From: Candidatus Latescibacterota bacterium
GTDB taxonomy: Bacteria; Latescibacterota; UBA2968; UBA8231
Assembly: GCA_965248355.1 (NCBI GenBank)
Contig: OZ252098.1
Location: 4,800,001-4,864,000 of the forward strand
Length of the DNA stretch: 64,000 bases
Direction: 5' to 3'
This document shows positions 1-8,815 of the stretch, in pieces. The notes beneath the pieces were generated by a model. The model was not told where the DNA came from, made no database searches, and worked only from the letters and a program-made list of their open reading frames with translations. Both the position numbers and the translations under genes were made by a program. The first letter of the stretch is position 1, and each line of letters begins with the position of its first letter.

Positions 1-48
1 GTGCTCGGCAAGATCTCGCTGCCGCCCGTACCCGGGGCCGGATGGTGA
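1..48 (+). CDS. 3' end of an upstream gene (partial, VLGKISLPPVPGAGW*)
   Basis: Frame-1 run with GC3-rich codons ending TGA at 46-48, just upstream of the co-oriented amidohydrolase. Confidence 0.4.
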   Translation: MLGKISLPPVPGAGW

Positions 49-94
49 GCCCGCCAGAAACCGGGGCCGCGCCCGCGGCCGGGGAGAGACCGAG

Positions 95-943
95 TTGATC
101 GTCGACACGCACGTGCACGTCTGGGAGATCGATCCGCCGAGGTACCCCGTGGGGCCCACGGCCCCGAACTGGACCTCGGAGCCGGACGAGCCCGGCACCG
201 CGGAGGAGCTGCTCGAGGACATGGACGCCAACGGCGTCGACCGGTCGGTGCTGGTGCAGACCTCGTGGTCGACTTGGGACAACGGCTACATCGCCGACTC
301 GACGGCGCGCTTCCCCGACCGCTTCATCGGCCACGGCCTGATCGACCCGCAGGACGAGGCCGGCAACGCCGAGACGGCGCGCTACTGGATGGAGGAGCGC
401 GGCCTGGCCGGCTTCCGCTTCCACCCCATGTACTACCCGGAGGAGGAGGTGCTGACCACCGACGGCAACCGCGCCATGTGGGAGGTCCTGGCCGCCAGGG
501 ACGCGGTGATCCAGTTCCACACGAGCCCGCCCTTCGCCGGCCAGATCGCCGAGATCGCCCGCCGCCATCCGCACATGAAGCTCCTCATCGACCACATGGG
601 CTATCCCCGCCTCGAGGAGGGGCCGGAGCCCTGGGCGCCGATCGTGGCCCTGGCGAAGCTGCCCAACCTGTTCGTCAAGGTCTCCGACGTGAAGGGCCGT
701 TCCCTGACCAGGGAGTTCCCCTTCGCCGACACCCACCCCTACGTGCGCGCCCTGGTGGACGCCTTCGGCGCCGAGCGCTGCCTCTGGGGCACGGGCTATC
801 CCGGCGGCCACCGCACCCGGCACGGCTGGCTGTCGCTGGGCGAGGAGCTGCGCCTCGTGCGCGAGGGCTTCGACTTTCTCACCGGCGCCCAGCGGGACCG
901 CATCCTCGGGGGCACCGCGGCCGAGGTCTGGGGGCTGACATGA
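95..943 (+). CDS. Amidohydrolase family protein (amidohydrolase_2)
   Basis: N-terminal IVDTHVHVW (DxHxH), LIDHMG and LWGTGYP motifs; TTG start after a GGAGAG RBS. Confidence 0.9.
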   Translation: MIVDTHVHVWEIDPPRYPVGPTAPNWTSEPDEPGTAEELLEDMDANGVDRSVLVQTSWSTWDNGYIADSTARFPDRFIGHGLIDPQDEAGNAETARYWMEERGLAGFRFHPMYYPEEEVLTTDGNRAMWEVLAARDAVIQFHTSPPFAGQIAEIARRHPHMKLLIDHMGYPRLEEGPEPWAPIVALAKLPNLFVKVSDVKGRSLTREFPFADTHPYVRALVDAFGAERCLWGTGYPGGHRTRHGWLSLGEELRLVREGFDFLTGAQRDRILGGTAAEVWGLT

Positions 944-3852
944 GGGCGCACCGGTTCGAGGAGGCGGCGCGGCGGAGCATTCCGGAGCTGGGCTCGGAGG
1001 CGATCCTCTACCGTCATCCCACGGGGGCCCGGCTCATGTCGGTGATCAACGGCCAGGACGCCAACAAGGTCTTCGGCGTCACCTTCCGCACGCCGCCCTC
1101 CGACTCCACCGGCATCGCCCACATCCTCGAGCACTCCGTGCTCTGCGGTTCCCGCAAGTACCCGGTGAAGGAGCCCTTCGTCGAGCTCCTCAAGGGGTCG
1201 TTGAAGACCTTCCTCAACGCCTTCACCTACCCCGACCGCACCTGCTACCCCGTGGCCAGCCAGAACCTGCGGGACTTCCACAACCTCGTCGACGTCTACC
1301 TCGACGCCGTCTTCCACCCGCGGCTGACGCCGGAGGTCCTCAAGCAGGAGGGCTGGCACTACGAGGTCGAGGAGGAGGGGCTGGCCTTCAGCGGCGTCGT
1401 CTACAACGAGATGAAGGGCGCCTACTCCTCCCCGGAGAGGGTCCTGGGCGAGGCCATCCAGCAGGGGCTGTTCCCCGACACGACCTACGGCGTCGAATCC
1501 GGAGGCCATCCCCGGCACATCCCCGACCTGACGTGGGAGAGCTTCTCCGCCTTCCACCGCGATCTCTACCACCCCGGAAACGCCTTCATCTGGTTCTACG
1601 GCGACGACCCGCCTGAGAGGCGCTTCGAGATCCTCGAGGACTACCTGAGGGAGTTCGAGCCCCGGAGCGTGGACTCCGCCGTAGGCACCCAGCCGCGCTG
1701 GCCCGAGCCCCGCCGCTGCGAAGACATCTACGCGGCCGGCGACGGCGACGGCGACGGCGGCGGCAAGCACTACGTCACCGTCAACTGGCTGCTGCCGCCG
1801 GCGGCGGACTTCGAGAGCCGCCTCGGCCTGGAGATCCTGGACCACGTGCTGCTGGGCACGCCGGCGTCGCCCCTGCGCAAGGCGCTCATCGACTCCGGCC
1901 TCGGGGAGGACCTGGCCGGCTCCGGCATGGAGACGGAGCTGAAGGAGACGATCTTCTCCGCCGGGCTGAAAGGGGTGGCCGCCGCCGACGAGGAGAAGGT
2001 GGAGAACCTGGTGACGGGCACCCTCCGCCGGTTGGCCGGGGAGGGCCTCGACGTGGAGACGGTGCGGGCCTCGCTGAACACCTGCGAGTTCCGCCTGCGC
2101 GAGAACAACACCGGCTCCTACCCGCGCGGGCTGATCCTCATGCTGCGCTCGCTGACGACCTGGCTCTACGACGGCGACCCTTTCGAGCCCCTGGCCTTCG
2201 AGGCGCCCCTGGCGGCGGTGCGGTCCCGGGCCCTGGAGGGGGGCTGGCTCGAAGGCCTGATCGAGCGCTCCCTGCTGGACAACCCGCACCGCACCACCCT
2301 GTTCCTGCGGCCCGACGCCGGGCAGGCCGGGCGCGAGGAGCGGGAGGAGAAGGCGCGGCTGGCGGCGGCGCGGGCGGAGATGGACGAGGCCGAGGTGGAG
2401 CGGGTCCGCGCCGAGGCGCTGCGATTGCGGGCCCGCCAGGAGGCGCCCGACGATCCCGCCGACCTGGCGAAGCTGCCGCGGCTGCAGCTCTCCGACCTCG
2501 ACCGGGAAGTGCCGACGATCCCCCTGGAGCGGGGCGAGGCGGGGGGCGCCCCCGTCCTCTACCACGACCTGTTCACCAACGGCATCGTCTACCTCGACGT
2601 CGGCTTCGACCTGCGCACCGTGCCCCAGGAGCTGCTGCCCCTGCTGCCCCTCTTCGGCCGCTGTCTGCTGGAGGTCGGCACGGAGACCGAGGACTTCGTG
2701 CGTCTGTCGCAGCGCATCGGCGCGCGCACCGGCGGGCTGTCCGCGCACAGCCTGGTGACGGGCCAGCGCCGCGGCGACCGGGCCATGGCCCGGTTCCTCC
2801 TGCGCGGCAAGGCGATGATCCACCGCACGGGCGATCTCGTCGACATCGTGCGCGACGTGCTCACCACGGTGCGCCTCGACAACCGCGACCGCCTGCTGCA
2901 GATGGCCCTCGAGGACAAGGCGGGGGAGGAGGCGGGGCTGGTCCCGGGAGGCCACTCGGTGGTCGCCCTGCGCCTGTGCTCGCAGTTCGACGAGGCCTCC
3001 TGGGTGGGTGAGCAGATGGAGGGCGTGAGCTACCTGTTCTACCTGCGCCGGCTGGTGGAGCGGATCCGCGACGACTGGCCTTCGGTCCTGGAGCAGCTCG
3101 AGGCCGTGCGCGCGTACCTCGTCGACCGGGACACCCTGCTGATCAACGCCACCCTCGCCGACTCCGACCGCGCCGCCGTGGAGCCCCACCTGTCCGGCCT
3201 CGTCCGGTCTCTGCCCGCCCGCGGGGGGAGACCGCAGGAGTGGTCGCCCCGGTTCGGCGCCGGTCACGAGGGGCTGACCCTGCCGGCCCAGGTCAACTAC
3301 GTCGGCAAGGGGGGGGACCTCTACGGCCAGGGCTACGAGCTGCGGGGCTCGGTGGCGGTGATCACCAAGTACCTGCGCACCAGCTACCTGTGGGACCGGG
3401 TGCGGGTCCAGGGCGGCGCCTACGGCGCGTTCTGCTCCTTCGACCCCTTCACCGGCGTCTTCGCCTTCGGCTCCTACCGGGATCCCAACCTGCTCGACAC
3501 CCTCCGCGTCTACGACGGCGCCGCCGCCTTCCTCCGCGGACTGGAGCTGTCGGACGAGGAGCGCACCAAGGCGATCATCGGCGCCATCGGCGAGATGGAC
3601 GGGTACCAGCTCCCCGACGCCAGGGGATACACCTCCATGGTGCGCGAGCTGACCGGGGTGGACGACGACTACCGCCAGACCCTGCGCGACGCCGTGCTGG
3701 GGACCACGGCGGCCGACTTCCGCGAGTTCGGCGAGCGGCTGGAGGGACTGGCGGAGGCCGGACGGGTGGTCGTCCTGGGGTCCAGGGAGGCCATCGAGGC
3801 CGCCAACGCCGAGCGCGGCGGGAGCTGGCTCCAGGTCGTGCCTGTCATGTAG
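940..3852 (+). CDS. M16C insulinase-family metallopeptidase (presequence protease-like), 970 aa
   Basis: HILEH inverted zinc motif, LNAFTYPDRTCYP, GVVYNEMKG, VRVQGGAYG, SYRDPN; ATG at 940 overlaps the upstream stop (ATGA). Confidence 0.95.
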   Translation: MRAHRFEEAARRSIPELGSEAILYRHPTGARLMSVINGQDANKVFGVTFRTPPSDSTGIAHILEHSVLCGSRKYPVKEPFVELLKGSLKTFLNAFTYPDRTCYPVASQNLRDFHNLVDVYLDAVFHPRLTPEVLKQEGWHYEVEEEGLAFSGVVYNEMKGAYSSPERVLGEAIQQGLFPDTTYGVESGGHPRHIPDLTWESFSAFHRDLYHPGNAFIWFYGDDPPERRFEILEDYLREFEPRSVDSAVGTQPRWPEPRRCEDIYAAGDGDGDGGGKHYVTVNWLLPPAADFESRLGLEILDHVLLGTPASPLRKALIDSGLGEDLAGSGMETELKETIFSAGLKGVAAADEEKVENLVTGTLRRLAGEGLDVETVRASLNTCEFRLRENNTGSYPRGLILMLRSLTTWLYDGDPFEPLAFEAPLAAVRSRALEGGWLEGLIERSLLDNPHRTTLFLRPDAGQAGREEREEKARLAAARAEMDEAEVERVRAEALRLRARQEAPDDPADLAKLPRLQLSDLDREVPTIPLERGEAGGAPVLYHDLFTNGIVYLDVGFDLRTVPQELLPLLPLFGRCLLEVGTETEDFVRLSQRIGARTGGLSAHSLVTGQRRGDRAMARFLLRGKAMIHRTGDLVDIVRDVLTTVRLDNRDRLLQMALEDKAGEEAGLVPGGHSVVALRLCSQFDEASWVGEQMEGVSYLFYLRRLVERIRDDWPSVLEQLEAVRAYLVDRDTLLINATLADSDRAAVEPHLSGLVRSLPARGGRPQEWSPRFGAGHEGLTLPAQVNYVGKGGDLYGQGYELRGSVAVITKYLRTSYLWDRVRVQGGAYGAFCSFDPFTGVFAFGSYRDPNLLDTLRVYDGAAAFLRGLELSDEERTKAIIGAIGEMDGYQLPDARGYTSMVRELTGVDDDYRQTLRDAVLGTTAADFREFGERLEGLAEAGRVVVLGSREAIEAANAERGGSWLQVVPVM

Positions 3853-3854
3853 GA

Positions 3855-3908
3855 CGCCGCGGGCTCTCGACGCGGCGGATCGGCCGGGAGGCGGCGGGGG
3901 GCCCCGCC
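3855..3908. terminator. Two GC-rich inverted repeats between convergent genes (possible terminators)
   Basis: CGCCGCG/CGCGGCG (3855-3877) and GGCGGGG/CCCCGCC (3893-3908); no U-tract. Confidence 0.35.
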
Positions 3909-3914
3909 GGAGGG

Positions 3915-4643
3915 TCAGTTCTGGGCGGTGAGCTGGATGTTGCCGTCGTGGTAGCGGCGGCCCACGTCGCGCCGGAAGCGGTAGGAGATGTCCACCGTCT
4001 CCACCGGCTCGTTGCGGTAGTCGAAGCGCAGCATGGCGTCGTTGATGACGACCTCCACCTCGGTCACGTCCGGGTGCAGGGCCGGGAAGACGAGCAAGCC
4101 CTCGGTCTCCTGGCCGTTGAAGACGGGCTCCGGCTGGGCCAGGGTGCGCAGCATCAGGGAGATGCGCTCCTTGTAGCGCTGGTAGGCGTTGCCCCGGTAG
4201 CCGAGGGCGTAGACCCGGTAGTAGTTGTCCAGCTGGTCGAGGTTCAGGCTCCAGTAGTGGCGCCCGTTGCCGGCGAGCATCTGCACCTGTTCCGGCTCGA
4301 TGAGGACCTTCGGGTACTCGTAGTTGCGGACCGTCATGCTGAACAGGGTGAACCGCTGGCGGTCCTTCCTCCCGATGAAGAAGTCGGTGTCGCCGAAGGT
4401 GTAGGGGTTGGTCGACTTCGCCCCCGCCTGGGAATGGCTGGCGAACTGGCGGTTGAGCTCCTCGTCGCTCATGGGGCGCAGCACGACGTCCAGGCGACCC
4501 TTCGCATAGGTGACGCTGCCGTCGTCGGCCACGGCCAGGGAGGAGCCCTGCTCGCCGGTGGGCTCCAGGGGGCCCGCGTAGTGGTGGTAGCCGCAGCCGG
4601 AGGCCAAGGTGAGAAGCAGGAGGCCGAACGCTGGAAATCTCAT
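3915..4643 (-). CDS. Hypothetical lipoprotein, 242 aa
   Basis: MRFPAFGLLLLTLASGC signal peptide II/lipobox; strong GC3 bias. Confidence 0.8.
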   Translation of the reverse strand: MRFPAFGLLLLTLASGCGYHHYAGPLEPTGEQGSSLAVADDGSVTYAKGRLDVVLRPMSDEELNRQFASHSQAGAKSTNPYTFGDTDFFIGRKDRQRFTLFSMTVRNYEYPKVLIEPEQVQMLAGNGRHYWSLNLDQLDNYYRVYALGYRGNAYQRYKERISLMLRTLAQPEPVFNGQETEGLLVFPALHPDVTEVEVVINDAMLRFDYRNEPVETVDISYRFRRDVGRRYHDGNIQLTAQN

Positions 4644-4680
4644 GATCGCCCCATCCTTTTGCGGGGAAGGACCTGCGCCC

Positions 4681-4709
4681 ACGGTAAGGCGGCTGCGGGC
4701 GGTTGTCAA
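4681..4709 (-). promoter_or_regulatory. Putative sigma70 promoter of the lipoprotein gene
   Basis: TTGACA (4709-4704), 17-bp spacer, TACCGT (4686-4681), 37 bp upstream of the ATG. Confidence 0.6.
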
Positions 4710-4866
4710 CGCCCGGCCGCCTTGCCGTGTGGGGTGGCTTCTCCGGGAGCTTCCGGCGACGCGGCTCGGGACTCGGCCCCTCCATGGTCGGTTTCATCCC
4801 GCAGTTGTCATTCGTATGTTGTGGCGGTCTGTGCCGAACACGACGCCCACGGTGCAAGGGGACATC

Positions 4867-5562
4867 ATGGAATTCCCGAACCCAACTCTCGCCTGCCTGC
4901 GCCTGGCCTCTCCGGCGCTGATCGCCATCGCCGCCTTCACCTTCTTCGCCAATCATCCCCTCCTGTCGTCGCACTTCTTCCCCGATGGGATCACGGGGGA
5001 GGTGGAGAACGCGCCCCACGCCCTGCCCTTGGTGCTGGGCAAGATCCTGCCCGCCGGCCTGATCGGCCTCCTCGTGGCCGGATTCCTGTCCGCCTTCCTG
5101 TCCACACACGACAGCTACATCCTGACCTGGGCGTCGGTCTTCGTGCGAGACGTGGTCGATCCGATCCGCGGCCACTCCCTCAGCGATCGACAGCAGATCG
5201 TCCTGACGCGGATCTCGGTCCTGTGCATCGGTCTCTTCCTGCTGATCTGGGGGGTGTGGTACAAGCTGCCGGACAGCGTCTGGACCTACCTGGCGGTGAC
5301 CGGTACCGTCTACATCTCCGGGGCGGGGATCGCCATCTACGGAGGGATGTACTGGAAGCGGGCGTCGTCGGCGGGCGCCTTCGCCGCCTTGTGCGGTGGC
5401 TTGCTGGCGATCTCGGCGCTGTTCATCGAACAGCTGCAGTTCGTGTGGCCCTCGCTGACAGAAGCGAAACTGGCGTTCTCGAACTTCGTGATCTGCGCTT
5501 TGCTGTTCGTCGTGTTCTCCCTGTTGTTCCCGGACAGGGAAACCGAGAAAGCGGAGGTGTGA
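4867..5562 (+). pseudogene. Sodium:solute symporter (SSS) family, C-terminal half only
   Basis: LPAGLIGLLVAGFLSAFLSTHDSY and GGMYWKRASSAGA are SSS C-terminal motifs; 231 aa versus roughly 500 aa typical, and the N-terminal helices are absent. Confidence 0.75.
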
Positions 5563-5563
5563 C

Positions 5564-5719
5564 ATGGAAGCCTGGGTAACGTTCTGGAAGATCCTCCTGA
5601 TCGTCGTATTTGCCCTGTTCTACGCTGTCGTCTTGTTCGTCATCCCCTTCGGTCTGCGGGATATCTTCATCCTGTTCCGGAAGCTGAGGGATCAGGCGGA
5701 GGCGAGCAAGACCGCCTGA
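5564..5719 (+). CDS. Small membrane protein, 51 aa (symporter-associated)
   Basis: Not in the ORF track (<60 aa); GGAGG RBS, ATG 1 nt after the symporter stop; MEAWVTFWKILLIVVFALFYAVVLFVIPFGLRDIFILFRKLRDQAEASKTA. Confidence 0.7.
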   Translation: MEAWVTFWKILLIVVFALFYAVVLFVIPFGLRDIFILFRKLRDQAEASKTA

Positions 5720-5801
5720 CCGATCCCCGGCCGCGGCCGGCCGGGGACGGTACGGCCCGCGCGACGGAGCCTCTCCGAAGCCGTGGAGGATCCAGGCGCG
5801 A

Positions 5802-7190
5802 TCAGAGGTACCCCAGGCTCTCCAGCGCCTTCCCCGTCTCCTCGTCGACCCGCCCCCCGGGCCCTGCGGGTCCCGCCGGGGGCAGCCCGTCCAGAAAGCC
5901 GTTCAGCCGGCCCATCATCGCCTCCGCCCGCCGCGGCTGGGAGGCGATGAGGTTCTCCTTCTCCCCCGGGTCCTTCTCCAGGTCGAAGAGCTGGTGGTTC
6001 CCCTCGCTGTTCCAGAGCAGCTTGTGGCGTCCCTCCAACAGCGCCCGCCAGTGGCCGTCGGAGCTGAGCACGGGCAGTGGGTAGGCCTCGGCCACCACCG
6101 GGTGGCCCGTGTCGGGGGGCCGGCCCGCCTGGACGCCGTCGGGCAGGGGCAGTTCCAGGCGCTCGCAGAGCAGGGCCATCACGTCCACGAGCTGCACGGG
6201 GTCGCCGCTGCGCGGGGGCCCCGCCTCGCCGGCCGGGTACTTGACGAAGAGGGGGACGTGGATCTCCTCCTGGTGCAGGTAGTTGCCGTGGCCGAAGCGG
6301 CCGTGCTCGCCGAGCAGCTCGCCGTGATCGGCGGTGACGACGATGAGGGCGTTGTCGTAGAGGCCCCGGGCCTTCAACTCCTTCATCAACTGGCCGATGT
6401 AGCGGTCCATGTAGAGGATCTCGCCGTCGTACAGGGCCACCCGCTCCTCCAGGGTGACTCTCCGGCCCCGCAGGTCGGGCCCCGGGGGCACGAAGGTCCA
6501 GGCGAACCGCTCCGGCGGCCGGTAGGGGCTGTGGGGGTCGTAGTAGTTGAGGAACAGGAAGAGGGGCTTCTCCTCCCGGGCCTCGATCCAGCGCACGGCG
6601 CCGCGGGTGACCTCCGGCGCCAGGCGTCCGGAGACCGAGCTGATGGAGGAGTCGTCGTAGAAGTCGAAGCCCTTGTTGAGGCCGAAGATCTTCTTCATCC
6701 AGGGGCCGGCGAGGACGGCGCCGGTGGCGTACCCGGCCTCCCGCAGCAGTTGCGCCAGGGTGGGCTCCTCCGGGGCCAGGCCCCGCGCCCGGAAGACCTC
6801 CCACGAGGCCGGCGCGTCGATGGCCCGGTCCAGGCGCAGGGGCCCCTCGGGGTCGTAGCGGGCGCCGTGGGAGGCGGTGAACCTGCCCGTGAACAGGGCC
6901 GCGTGGGAGGGCAGGGTCCAGCTCGAGGGGGCGAAGGCGTTCTCGTAGAGGACGGATTCGGCCGCCAGCCGGTCGAGGTGGGGACTCGTGTGCCGGGCAT
7001 AGCCGTAGCAGGAGAGGTGGTCGGCCCGGGTCGTGTCCAGGGTGATGAGGATGACGTGGGGCCGCCGGCTCCGGCGGCGGCAGCCTCCAAGGAGCAGGGA
7101 CGGCGCCAGGCCTGCGGCGAGGCCGCCGCAGAGGCCGCCCTTGAGCACGTCGCGGCGGCTCACGTTCCCGGTCCGGGTCAGCTGGCTCAA
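5802..7190 (-). CDS. Sulfatase-like (alkaline phosphatase superfamily) hydrolase, Tat-exported lipoprotein
   Basis: SRRDVLK Tat motif then LLGGC; ITLDTTRADH, SWTLPSHAALFTG, YYDPHSPY, TADHGE; GGAGG RBS with TTG start. Confidence 0.9.
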   Translation of the reverse strand: MSQLTRTGNVSRRDVLKGGLCGGLAAGLAPSLLLGGCRRRSRRPHVILITLDTTRADHLSCYGYARHTSPHLDRLAAESVLYENAFAPSSWTLPSHAALFTGRFTASHGARYDPEGPLRLDRAIDAPASWEVFRARGLAPEEPTLAQLLREAGYATGAVLAGPWMKKIFGLNKGFDFYDDSSISSVSGRLAPEVTRGAVRWIEAREEKPLFLFLNYYDPHSPYRPPERFAWTFVPPGPDLRGRRVTLEERVALYDGEILYMDRYIGQLMKELKARGLYDNALIVVTADHGELLGEHGRFGHGNYLHQEEIHVPLFVKYPAGEAGPPRSGDPVQLVDVMALLCERLELPLPDGVQAGRPPDTGHPVVAEAYPLPVLSSDGHWRALLEGRHKLLWNSEGNHQLFDLEKDPGEKENLIASQPRRAEAMMGRLNGFLDGLPPAGPAGPGGRVDEETGKALESLGYL

Positions 7191-7267
7191 GGCCGCTCCT
7201 CCTTCGCGGGGCCGCCCTCGACCAGGTGGCGCCGGCTCAGGCCCCGGTGACGGATGCGCCGGTTCAT
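7187..7267 (-). pseudogene. 26-codon ORF coupled at both ends (MNRRIRHRGLSRRHLVEGGPAKEERP); probable collapsed Tat-substrate gene
   Basis: ATG overlaps the upstream stop (ATGA) and TGA overlaps the sulfatase TTG (TTGA); SRRHL resembles a Tat motif but has no hydrophobic region. Confidence 0.5.
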
Positions 7268-7481
7268 GGCTGCCCCCCGGAGGCGTGCCCCACGGGGCCG
7301 CCGGTGAGCATGGCCCCCATCGTCGGCGTGGAGTCGAAGGAGGCGGGGCTCACCAGGTCGATGGTGGCCGGGCCGCGGCCGGCGGCGGCGAGGGCGGCCT
7401 GGCCGATCTCCACGGGGCCGGTGGTGAACTCGGGCACGCTGTACGCCTTCAGGTGGGAGTCGCGGGACGGAAGCGGGTCAT
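7264..7481 (-). pseudogene. Gene remnant of unknown function
   Basis: About 60 codons of near-pure GC3 usage (LKAYSVPEFTTGPVEIG...GGQP*) without a convincing in-frame start; the nearest upstream ATG (7481) is out of frame. Confidence 0.45.
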
Positions 7482-7557
7482 CGCCGCCCTGACGGGACCG
7501 TCGGGTGCCGGCAAAGCATAGGCCCTCGCCGGAGCGGATTCCAAGGAGGGCTGCGGC

Positions 7558-7587
7558 TTGTCGGCAAGCCGGACCCCGCCCTATGCT
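7558..7587 (+). promoter_or_regulatory. Putative sigma70 promoter of the aminotransferase operon
   Basis: TTGTCG, 18-bp spacer, TATGCT, about 50 bp upstream of the start. Confidence 0.4.
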
Positions 7588-7636
7588 AACGCCGCTTCCG
7601 GCGGCCGGTACCCTGCCAAACCCAGTGGAGGACCCC

Positions 7637-8800
7637 TTGTCCCTGGCGATCCATTCCGGCGATCCCCTGATCACCGATGCCTTTCCCGGCTGGCCGATCC
7701 AGGACGGCACCGAGCTGAGGCAGGTGCAGGCCGCTCTCGAGAGCGGGACCTGGGGGGTCGGAGGCGAGTGCCTGGCCGAGTTCTCCCGCCGTTTCGCCGA
7801 GTTCCAGCAGGCCGGGGCCGTCCTGCCGGTGGCCAACGGCACCGTGGCCATCGAGATCGCCCTCGAGGCCCTGGGCCTCGGCCCCGGCGACGAGGTCATC
7901 GTCCCCGACTACACCTTCGTGGCCACGGCCACCGCGCCCCTGCGCCTGGGGGTCCGGCCGGTGCTGGTCGACGTCCGGCCCGACACCTTCACCATCGATC
8001 CCGCCGCGGTCGAGGCGGCGGTCACCGACCGCACCCGGGCGGTCATCCCCGTCCACTTCGGCGGCAACTTGTGCGACATGGAGGGCCTCCTCCATCTCGC
8101 CGACCGCTACGGGCTGGCCGTCATCGAGGACTGCGCCCACGCCCACGGCGCCCACTTGAAAGGGAGGTACGCCGGCTCCTTCGGCGAGATCGGCACCTTC
8201 AGCTTCCAGTCCAGCAAGACCTTGTGCTGCGGCGAGGGCGGCGCCGTGGTCACCCGGTCCGAGCGGCTGCTGGCCAGGATGCGCGCCATCCACAGCGCCG
8301 GCCGCCACGGCAGCGAGGACGACTACAACCACTTCACCCTCGGCAGCAACTACCGCCTGTCGGAGCTGCAGGCGGCCCTGCTGCTGGCCCAGATGAGCCG
8401 CCTCGAGGAGTTCTGCGACCGGCGGGACCGCCACGGCGCCCTGCTCAACGCGCGGCTGGCCGGCATCGACGGCGTGCGCCCCCAGACGCGGCAAGCGGGT
8501 CTCGGGAGGCACGGACACTACCTGTACCCCTTCGTGCTGGAGGCCGACGTCCCCCGCGGCGCCTTCAAGCGGGCCCTGCGGGCCGAGGGCGTGCCCGTGG
8601 AGGACCAGTACCCGGCTCTGCACGAGGTGGTCTGCCTGAGGAACAGCGGCCTGACGGAGGGCGAGTTCCCCGCATCCCGCGAGCTCTCCGAGCGCTCGGT
8701 CTGGATCTTCCACCAGGCCCTGCTCGCCGGCGAGGGCCAGGTCTGCCTGATCGCGGACGCCGTGAGCAAGGTCCTCGACCATCGCCGCGAGCTGACCTGA
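7637..8800 (+). CDS. DegT/DnrJ/EryC1/StrS family PLP-dependent aminotransferase
   Basis: ANGTVAI, VIVPDYTFVAT, IEDCAHAHG, FSFQSSKTLCCGEGGAV (PLP lysine), GSNYRLSELQAA; GGAGGA RBS with TTG start. Confidence 0.92.
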   Translation: MSLAIHSGDPLITDAFPGWPIQDGTELRQVQAALESGTWGVGGECLAEFSRRFAEFQQAGAVLPVANGTVAIEIALEALGLGPGDEVIVPDYTFVATATAPLRLGVRPVLVDVRPDTFTIDPAAVEAAVTDRTRAVIPVHFGGNLCDMEGLLHLADRYGLAVIEDCAHAHGAHLKGRYAGSFGEIGTFSFQSSKTLCCGEGGAVVTRSERLLARMRAIHSAGRHGSEDDYNHFTLGSNYRLSELQAALLLAQMSRLEEFCDRRDRHGALLNARLAGIDGVRPQTRQAGLGRHGHYLYPFVLEADVPRGAFKRALRAEGVPVEDQYPALHEVVCLRNSGLTEGEFPASRELSERSVWIFHQALLAGEGQVCLIADAVSKVLDHRRELT

Positions 8801-8815
8801 GGCCAGGGAGGATCC

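Noticed and set aside
265..939. Arg/Pro-rich N-terminal extensions in the ORF track (also 7558-9789, 44388-45851, 17840-18328)
   Set aside because: Off-frame read-through of neighbouring genes; the true starts are marked by RBSs or stop/start overlaps
1738..1764. (GGCGAC)3 microsatellite in the M16 peptidase
   Set aside because: In-frame Gly-Asp loop, unremarkable at this GC content
796..5565. 1589-aa antisense ORF and similar long shadow ORFs (15491-17830, 29407-31416, 47572-49680, 60558-62636)
   Set aside because: They lie opposite genes with clear family motifs, which is expected from stop-codon scarcity at high GC3, and have no recognisable domains
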